Below, one piece after another: positions 54,643 through 60,882 of a stretch of DNA of 64,000 nucleotides. Source of the stretch: an uncultured candidate division WWE3 bacterium. Its GTDB lineage: Bacteria; Patescibacteriota; WWE3; UBA101185; UBA10185. The position numbers were made by a program, and so were the translations under genes. How positions within the stretch are numbered: the first letter of the stretch is position 1; every line of letters starts with the position of its first letter. The stretch covers positions 33,596 to 97,595 of the forward strand of contig CAVXUZ010000005.1 of the NCBI GenBank assembly GCA_963765125.1, written 5' to 3'. The notes beneath the pieces are model-generated. The model saw only the letters and a program-made list of their open reading frames with translations, ran no database searches and was not told the DNA's origin.

Positions 54643-55101
54643 TTACTCTGTAGGTACTTCGCCAGCAGTCTCTTCTGCAGTCTCTTCTGAGGGTGTGTCT
54701 TCGACTTTTGCACTTTCTGCAGCTTCGCTCTCGACGGCTTCTTTTGCACTTTCTGCAGATTTTTTTGCACTTTCCGCGGCGGCGCTTTCAGCAGCCTCTT
54801 TCGCGTTCTCAGCAGCTGCCTTATCGGCGGCTTCTTTTTGAGCTTTAGGATTATAGTCGGCGTATTTAAAAGTACCGTCAAGTAGTGATTTTACTGCTGC
54901 AGTAACAATTGCACCTTTTCCAACCCATTTATCGTAACCGTCTTTATTAATGGTTAATTTGCTTTTTGGATCAATTGGATTATAAAAACCTAGGATTTCT
55001 AAAAATTTCCCATTTCTCTTGGTTTTTGTTTGCGTCACAACAACCCTAAATGAGGGTGCGTGCCTTTTTCCGAATTTTGCTAATCTAATGGTTACTGACA
55101 T
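54643..55101 (-). CDS. rpsP: 30S ribosomal protein S16 with a roughly 70-aa Ala/Glu/Lys-rich repetitive C-terminal extension
   Basis: MSVTIRLAKFGKRHAPSFRVVVTQTKTKRNGKFLEILGFYNP is a canonical S16 sequence. The tail is AAENAKEAAESAAAESAKKSAESAKEAVESEAAESAK, encoded by imperfect tandem DNA repeats. Confidence 0.85.
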   Translation of the reverse strand: MSVTIRLAKFGKRHAPSFRVVVTQTKTKRNGKFLEILGFYNPIDPKSKLTINKDGYDKWVGKGAIVTAAVKSLLDGTFKYADYNPKAQKEAADKAAAENAKEAAESAAAESAKKSAESAKEAVESEAAESAKVEDTPSEETAEETAGEVPTE

Positions 55102-55126
55102 AACGGAATGAATAGTATCATAGGGC

Positions 55127-55813
55127 TTAAAGCTTGTCTATCGCTGTTTTTGCTGCCTCTTGCTCTGCTTTCTGTTTGCTGTGGCCTTCCCCTACTCCAA
55201 ATTCTTTTTCATTGAGATAAACCCCAACTTTAAAGATTTTTTCATGATCTAAACCCCACGAGTCTATAACTTTATAACTTGGTGTAACGCCGAATTTTTC
55301 TTGTGCCATCTCTTGAAATATGGACTTAGCATCCTTATAGGACTGGTTTTCAACTATACTGTCAATTTTGTATAAAAGTTCTTTTTCAACGAATTTTTTG
55401 CATACTTGTAGGCCGTTTTCAATGTAAATTGCGCCTAAAACTGCCTCAAAAGTATTTGCTAAGATATACTCTCTGTCACGGCCGCCCGTTGCTTCTTCTC
55501 CGTTAGAAAGTAAAAGAAACTCCCCAAAGCCTAGTCTACGGGCTTCTTCGCCAATTGAAGCTGTACATACAATTGCAGCTCGATAATTCGTCATATCGCC
55601 TTCTGGAGCCTTAGGAAACCTATTAAAAAGGTATTCTGACGAGACTAGCTGTAAAACAGCGTCACCTAAAAATTCAAATCTCTCATTTGAGGGATTTTCA
55701 TAGTTTGGGTGCTCGTTTAGGTAGGATCTATGGGTAAAAGCAATAACGTAATTATTTTCGTTTTTAATATCGATTTGTAGTATTTTTGAAAGTTTTTTAG
55801 CGTCGAAAGGCAT
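55127..55813 (-). CDS. rnc: Ribonuclease III
   Basis: RNase III signature ERFEFLGDAVLQLVSSEYLF. C-terminal dsRBD (…GEGHSKQKAEQEAAKTAI). 228 aa. Confidence 0.9.
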   Translation of the reverse strand: MPFDAKKLSKILQIDIKNENNYVIAFTHRSYLNEHPNYENPSNERFEFLGDAVLQLVSSEYLFNRFPKAPEGDMTNYRAAIVCTASIGEEARRLGFGEFLLLSNGEEATGGRDREYILANTFEAVLGAIYIENGLQVCKKFVEKELLYKIDSIVENQSYKDAKSIFQEMAQEKFGVTPSYKVIDSWGLDHEKIFKVGVYLNEKEFGVGEGHSKQKAEQEAAKTAIDKL

Positions 55814-55816
55814 ATT

Positions 55817-56053
55817 TTAGTCTAATTTTTCTATTAAAAGCTCAACTAGATCCATTACAGACTCTAGTTCTTCTTTTTCTTCTTCTTCAAACTCTATTTT
55901 ATACTCTTCTTCTAGAGCAGCGAGAACTTCAATTAATTCTAGCTCGCTTATGTTTAGGTCATCTTCAAAGTAAGAGCTTTCAGAAATATCCTCAGGGTCA
56001 ACTCCTGTTCTTTCTATGATAACTGACATAACTTTATTTAAATATTTATTCAT
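55817..56053 (-). CDS. Acyl-carrier-protein-like small acidic protein
   Basis: 78 aa, highly acidic four-helix pattern. A candidate phosphopantetheine Ser lies in DDLNISELELIE. The DSL motif is degenerate, so the call is tentative. Confidence 0.45.
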   Translation of the reverse strand: MNKYLNKVMSVIIERTGVDPEDISESSYFEDDLNISELELIEVLAALEEEYKIEFEEEEKEELESVMDLVELLIEKLD

Positions 56054-56483
56054 TTTTTGTTGCCTCCTTTTTTAACTCAACGACAGTGCCTAACACTCCG
56101 TTGATAAATTTTGATGACGTGTCGTTACCGAACTCCTTGCCCAACTCGACTGCCTCATCTATCGCAACTTTTTCTGGTGTTTTGCCCCTACCAAATAATA
56201 TTTCAAAAATCGCTATTCTCAATATTACCAAATCTACTTTTGAAATTTTATCTAATGGCCAATCAGGTGCACACTGCGCAATTATTTCATCAATTTCCCT
56301 TTTATGTACCTTTACACCTTGAATAATAAAATCCGTCAACTCGATGTCTTGCCCAGCCTCGTTAAGAAGTTCTTCAGAAAGTTCCATATTATTATGGTCG
56401 TCTGAATCTGAAAAAAGCCAACAAAATATAGAAGTAAGTGCTAATTTTCTTGCGGCGTGTCTTGGGTCAGATTTTGTCTTCAT
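56046..56483 (-). CDS. nusB: Transcription antitermination factor NusB
   Basis: MKTKSDPRHAARKLALTSIF... and a conserved helical NusB fold pattern. 145 aa. Confidence 0.8.
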   Translation of the reverse strand: MKTKSDPRHAARKLALTSIFCWLFSDSDDHNNMELSEELLNEAGQDIELTDFIIQGVKVHKREIDEIIAQCAPDWPLDKISKVDLVILRIAIFEILFGRGKTPEKVAIDEAVELGKEFGNDTSSKFINGVLGTVVELKKEATKNE

Positions 56484-56494
56484 TTTATGGATTA

Positions 56495-56641
56495 TTAAAC
56501 TTCGACGTACTCATCAACGTGGGGTCTTTTATAACCCTTTGTGTCTTTGGTCTTTATGGCTTTTACTTCATCTCTTCCATAATGAGCGTTTCTTTTTCGC
56601 CTTGTTCGGCCTTTTGAATGTTTTCTTTTTGGTACTGGCAT
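56495..56641 (-). CDS. rpmF: 50S ribosomal protein L32 (48 aa); missed by the ORF track because of its size
   Basis: Manual reverse-strand translation MPVPKRKHSKGRTRRKRNAHYGRDEVKAIKTKDTKGYKRPHVDEYVEV. The MxVPKRKxSKxR start is diagnostic of L32. Confidence 0.8.
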   Translation of the reverse strand: MPVPKRKHSKGRTRRKRNAHYGRDEVKAIKTKDTKGYKRPHVDEYVEV

Positions 56642-56732
56642 ACTGTACGTTTATAACCTAATTTTAGCGCTTTTGCAACCTTATTTTGATGGTTTGGTGA
56701 TTTGTTGCTTTTTTAAAATCGTAAAATAGCTT

Positions 56733-57248
56733 TTACCAAATCTGCGCTGATCGACTATCCCAAGACCTAAATTTTCTACAAGTTTTTCGATTTGATAGCT
56801 CATTACCGTGAAAAAAGACCGTAATGCCGTCATTATTAAGTATTTCTTCAATATTTTGCATTAAAAATCTATGCGAGGTTGTGTTGTAAAAGGGGTCAAG
56901 AAAGATAATATCGTAGCTTTTTTCTGTGTTTGCAACATACTTTATGGCGTCGCGGTGAAAAAACTCCGCTTTATCTTGATAGCCAAGCTCTTCGATATTT
57001 CTTAAGATTGCATTTCCAGCCTCATGGCTAATGTCCACAAAATCACACCACTGCGCACCTCGGCTCAAAGCTTCAAAACCTAAATTACCGCTTCCTGCAA
57101 AAAGGTCAAGACAGACAGCATTAACCACCTTTTCACCCAACATAGAAAAAAGTGATCCTTTTGCCACTTCTTGCACCGCTCGGTATTCTTTTGTATTCGG
57201 GGTTTTTAAATGTTTGTTTTTTGAAATGCCAGTAGTAATTCTAACCAT
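56733..57248 (-). CDS. rsmD: 16S rRNA (guanine966-N2)-methyltransferase RsmD; the 3' end is possibly frameshifted
   Basis: LDLFAGSGNLGFEALSRGA (motif I). DIIFLDPFY (DPPY catalytic motif). An alternative +1 frame after an A5 run encodes a more RsmD-like C-terminus (see findings). Confidence 0.75.
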   Translation of the reverse strand: MVRITTGISKNKHLKTPNTKEYRAVQEVAKGSLFSMLGEKVVNAVCLDLFAGSGNLGFEALSRGAQWCDFVDISHEAGNAILRNIEELGYQDKAEFFHRDAIKYVANTEKSYDIIFLDPFYNTTSHRFLMQNIEEILNNDGITVFFHGNELSNRKTCRKFRSWDSRSAQIW

Positions 57249-57270
57249 AAGTATATTTTATACTTTTTAG

Positions 57271-57360
57271 CAAAAAAAAACGGCACGAGTTTATTTTATA
57301 AGCAGTAATCGTTATGAGTGGAAGGGGTCCACAACGATTACTTTGCTTTAAACTCGTGCC
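57271..57360 (-). terminator. Exceptionally long intrinsic terminator (about 30-bp interrupted stem plus T9) downstream of the minus-strand tRNA pair
   Basis: Minus strand: GGCACGAGTTTAAAGCAAAGTAATCGTTGTGGACCCCTTCCACTCATAACGATTACTGCTTATAAAATAAACTCGTGCCG followed by TTTTTTTTT. Confidence 0.6.
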
Positions 57361-57362
57361 AA

Positions 57363-57492
57363 GGTGCGGGAGGATGGATTCGAACCACCATTTCCGTGCG
57401 AAGTTGGTTCAACATGGGCATTAAGGCCTGATACGCCAGAACACACTCGGCATGTTAACTACCACGGCGCCTTACCACTAGGCCACTCTCGC
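57363..57492 (-). tRNA. Atypical tRNA-like gene (130 nt): canonical acceptor, D and T arms, with a roughly 57-nt insertion within the anticodon loop; isotype undetermined
   Basis: Acceptor GCGAGAG/CTCCCGC (one A:C mismatch). T8. D-arm GCCT-AGTGGTA-AGGC. Anticodon stem CCGTG...CACGG separated by 64 nt. Variable loop AAAT. T-arm GGTGG-TTCGAAT-CCATC. Discriminator A plus CC. Confidence 0.45.
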
Positions 57493-57504
57493 GATTAAAT
57501 CCAG

Positions 57505-57578
57505 AGCGGGTGGATGGATTCAAACCACCGACCTCTACGTTATCTACGTAGCGCTCATCTCAGCTGAGCTACACCCGC
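57505..57578 (-). tRNA. tRNA-Ile (anticodon GAU)
   Basis: Acceptor GCGGGTG/CACCCGC. D-arm GCTC-AGCTGAGAT-GAGC. Anticodon stem CTACG/CGTAG with loop TAGATAA. T-arm GGTGG-TTTGAAT-CCATC. CCA not encoded. Confidence 0.8.
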
Positions 57579-57645
57579 GTTTGGTAACAGCAATTCTCTC
57601 CTTCTCTCTTACGAGTTTGTAGTATTAAACAAAGTTAATGTTTTG

Positions 57646-59664
57646 TCAATTATTTCCCACGTATCGGCCAAGTCTGTCGTAAATCTTCTTTTTTAGCTTA
57701 GGGTAGTTATCTATTTGGGGAAAATATTTTGCAGAGTATTCTTTTGCCTTTTCTAAAGTTTCAAGATCAGACAAACGCGCGACTTTAAATCTTTTAAAAC
57801 CGTGTTGGAGTGTGCCGTAGATATCCCCACTTCCGCGAAGTTCGAGATCGATTTCTGCTAATTCTAAGCCGTTATTTACGGTTTCTAGATATTTTAATCT
57901 GTTGTAGGCGCTACGGTTATTACTACTCATAAAAATAAAACAATGTCCCTCTTGCCCCATACGCCCGATTCTGCCTCGTAGCTGATGTAAACTTGCGAGA
58001 CCGTATCTTTCTGCGCTTTCGATCACCATAACTGCTGCTTCTGGAATGTCTATGCCTACTTCAATAACCGGAGTGGACACTAGAATTTGTATTTCTCCTT
58101 TTTCAAATCTTTCAACAACGCCTCTTTTTTCTTCAGAAGTCATTTTGCCGTGGAGTAAACCAATCTTAAGATTTTTAAAAACTCCAGTTCTCAATTTTTC
58201 AAACTCAACTGTCGCAGCACGGACATTTTCAAAATCCTCATGCGACGACTCAAGAATAAAAGGACAAACGATAAATGTTTGTTCTCCTCTATCTCTAATC
58301 CATTCAAAGTGTTGATCACGTAATTTCTCAGGAACAACTTTTGTTTTAATTTTCTTTTCTTTTGATAGTATCGTTCTCAATTGTGATATTTCTAAATCAC
58401 CGTATATTGTTAATGCTAGTGTTCTAGGTATAGGAGTTGCCGTCATGGTAAGTAGGTGGGGTGTGAAACCGCCAAAGTCTAAACTCGCAAGTTTTGTTCT
58501 TTGTTCAACACCAAAACGATGCTGTTCATCGATAATCACCAAACCAACACCACTGTAATCCTCTTTAAAAAGAAGTGAGTGGGTTCCGATTAGAATATAA
58601 GGTTCTTTTGCAACTTCAGTTTTTAGCGAGCTCATTGCAATATGAACATTTGCGCCAAGCGGCTCTAGCACCTTTTTAAATGTGTCATAGTGCTGTTTTG
58701 AAAGAATCTCGGTTGGAGACATATAAAGAACATTTTTACCATTTAAGTAGGAAATATAAGCAGAAATAATTGCAACCATAGTTTTACCAGTGCCCACGTC
58801 ACCTTCAAGTAGTCTATTCATAGGGTGCGTCTTATTAAGATCACTTTTAATTTCTACAATTGCAGATTTTTGTGATTCAGATAATTCGAATGGAAGTGTT
58901 TTTATAAGTTCATTAACATTATTTTCATATTTCTCTGATGGTAACTCGCGGGAATGTAATTGTTTTTGCCAAATAGCTTTTCTATTCTCAACGTTTATAA
59001 GTTCTATTAATAATTCTTCAAGTGCAAATCTTTTTCTCGCCTGGTCAATCTCTCTTTGCGTAGTGGGAAAGTGAAAATAGTTTAATGCTTCGCCAAACTT
59101 AGGAAACTTTTCGTGAGAAATTATGTCTTCTGGTAAAAATTCATCTAGTGTCAATTTTGATAAAAGTATTTCATTTATTTTTCCCCTAATCCATTTTGAC
59201 GATACTCCACTCGTTTCAGGGTAAACTCCGATAAGTCTTCCAGTGTTTAGAGCTTGCTCGGCTAAAAGTTCGTATGTGGGTGCTACAAGATTTAATTTAC
59301 TTCCGAATTTGCCAACCTTACCACTAAAACTATATTTCTCACCCTGTTTTAAAGATTTTTTGAGGTAGTGGCTGTTAAACCAGATAACATTTACTTTTCC
59401 GGTTTGGTCAAGAACGTCGGTTTGAGTTAAACGTTTACCGTATTTTGTAAAAATATTTTTCACTTCGCCTAATACGCCTTGAACTGTTGCAACGTCACCT
59501 TCGTTCAAATCTGAGATGTTTTTAATAACTGAATAATCGTCGTATCTAAATGGAAAATGATAAAGTAGCTCTTCTACTGTTCTAATACCGAGCTTTTCTA
59601 AAAGCACACGATACTTGGGTCCTATTTTAGGAACTGCTGTAACCGGATTGGTTAATTCAAGCAT
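57646..59664 (-). CDS. recG: ATP-dependent DNA helicase RecG
   Basis: Wedge/OB N-terminus. Helicase motifs (…GDVGTGKT…; DEQHRFG; …LVSTPVIEVGIDIPEAAVMVIESAERYGLASLHQLRGRIGR). 672 aa. Confidence 0.9.
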   Translation of the reverse strand: MLELTNPVTAVPKIGPKYRVLLEKLGIRTVEELLYHFPFRYDDYSVIKNISDLNEGDVATVQGVLGEVKNIFTKYGKRLTQTDVLDQTGKVNVIWFNSHYLKKSLKQGEKYSFSGKVGKFGSKLNLVAPTYELLAEQALNTGRLIGVYPETSGVSSKWIRGKINEILLSKLTLDEFLPEDIISHEKFPKFGEALNYFHFPTTQREIDQARKRFALEELLIELINVENRKAIWQKQLHSRELPSEKYENNVNELIKTLPFELSESQKSAIVEIKSDLNKTHPMNRLLEGDVGTGKTMVAIISAYISYLNGKNVLYMSPTEILSKQHYDTFKKVLEPLGANVHIAMSSLKTEVAKEPYILIGTHSLLFKEDYSGVGLVIIDEQHRFGVEQRTKLASLDFGGFTPHLLTMTATPIPRTLALTIYGDLEISQLRTILSKEKKIKTKVVPEKLRDQHFEWIRDRGEQTFIVCPFILESSHEDFENVRAATVEFEKLRTGVFKNLKIGLLHGKMTSEEKRGVVERFEKGEIQILVSTPVIEVGIDIPEAAVMVIESAERYGLASLHQLRGRIGRMGQEGHCFIFMSSNNRSAYNRLKYLETVNNGLELAEIDLELRGSGDIYGTLQHGFKRFKVARLSDLETLEKAKEYSAKYFPQIDNYPKLKKKIYDRLGRYVGNN

Positions 59665-59685
59665 ATATTCATTCTACCAATTAAC

Positions 59686-59841
59686 CTAAAACATATATGG
59701 CAAAAGCGATGTTAGTAGTAATGCAATAGTTGCTATGAGAACTAAAACGCTGCCGATATTTTTTGGTCTAAAAGCTCTGCGTATTTTCTTTTTTATTGCT
59801 TTGGCTTTTGATATTTCTGTTTGTTGTTTATCAGACTGCAT
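59686..59841 (-). CDS. Possible 51-aa single-TM micro-protein upstream of recG
   Basis: Manual translation MQSDKQQTEISKAKAIKKKIRRAFRPKNIGSVLVLIATIALLLTSLLPYMF. Below the ORF-track cutoff. Speculative. Confidence 0.2.
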   Translation of the reverse strand: MQSDKQQTEISKAKAIKKKIRRAFRPKNIGSVLVLIATIALLLTSLLPYMF

Positions 59842-59931
59842 AAAAAGAGTATAGCAAAGTTGTAAGAGTTTGATTAGTAAGACAAAAAATAACCCTTAAA
59901 GATTTCTCTGTAAGGGTTATTGTGTTGCAGG

Positions 59932-60156
59932 TTAATCGTAGCATCGGGTGCAAACATTTTCGAGTTTGAACCGGCGAATGGCAACACTGGGATTATCACA
60001 GCAGACTGTTACCAAATCTTTGTCATGTGTGTTATCTGTCAATGTGCCGTCTTTTTTCACGAACCTTTTTCCTCCTGGTTTTATACCAACTACCACCAAA
60101 ACCCAGCGCTCACCATCTTTCTGAGTCTTGACCTCTAATTTCTTGCTGCTAGTCAT
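59932..60156 (-). CDS. Small Cys-containing hypothetical protein (74 aa)
   Basis: …VTVCCDNP…CTRCYD. No family recognised. Confidence 0.35.
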   Translation of the reverse strand: MTSSKKLEVKTQKDGERWVLVVVGIKPGGKRFVKKDGTLTDNTHDKDLVTVCCDNPSVAIRRFKLENVCTRCYD

Positions 60157-60284
60157 AAGCCATCTCCTTTGAATATTAGTTTTGTGGATTATATCACGTT
60201 ATATAGGTTATAAGCAATACTACAGGTCATTTACAATAGGACAACAAAAAGCCCCTTAGATTATATCTTTGGGGCTTATACTTG

Positions 60285-60506
60285 CTAAGATTGTGAACGG
60301 CCTTCCCATCTTCTTGGATTAAATCCGCGAATGTTTGGTATAAAAGGTATCGTTTCACGCTCTTTTTCTGTTTCGCGATGCTTTGCTGCAGCGGTTTCTA
60401 TTTGCGCATCAGTCATCGCCGGCATCTCACATCCACAACCTGGACAAATATTTGTAAGAGATGTGGTACTTTTCCACATCCTACAAGGTATACAGTAAAG
60501 CCACAT
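60285..60506 (-). CDS. Small zinc-ribbon protein (73 aa)
   Basis: CIPC-x15-CPGC four-Cys ribbon. No family recognised. Confidence 0.4.
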   Translation of the reverse strand: MWLYCIPCRMWKSTTSLTNICPGCGCEMPAMTDAQIETAAAKHRETEKERETIPFIPNIRGFNPRRWEGRSQS

Positions 60507-60521
60507 GGTTCTCCTTATATT

Positions 60522-60848
60522 CTATGCAAGTTTTACTCTTAGCCTGCTCCCCACCGTTGTACGCCCGGATTTTATTGTAACGAATTGCGCTTTGCAGCCG
60601 CATCTCAATGATTGACGACCTCTCTCGAGTATCGTCTCGATCTCTTCTTTTTGGGCTTGTAACATAGGTTTACCACAGCATTCGCAGTTTCTAGGTTTTT
60701 TGCTGTCAGATAAAATCTGAAGCCGGCAATCGCCGCACACGAACCAGAACTTACCAGTATCACTTGACATATCGAACTCCTTTTTTTGTGGATTTGGTTG
60801 TGAGCATTTTACCACCTTTTTACTGAATTGAAAAACCGCTGTAGTCAT
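60522..60848 (-). CDS. Small zinc-ribbon protein (probably about 82 aa, starting at the internal MSSDTGKFWF)
   Basis: FVCGDC-x15-CECCGKPM four-Cys ribbon. The N-terminal 26 aa of the track ORF are doubtful. Confidence 0.4.
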   Translation of the reverse strand: MTTAVFQFSKKVVKCSQPNPQKKEFDMSSDTGKFWFVCGDCRLQILSDSKKPRNCECCGKPMLQAQKEEIETILERGRQSLRCGCKAQFVTIKSGRTTVGSRLRVKLA

Positions 60849-60882
60849 AAAAAAAGGACTATATCTTTGATATAATCACTCT

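Noticed and set aside
56344-56661. 105-aa plus-strand ORF
   Set aside because: Antisense to the ribosomal protein L32 gene (rpmF) and the nusB start. Composition is junk-like.
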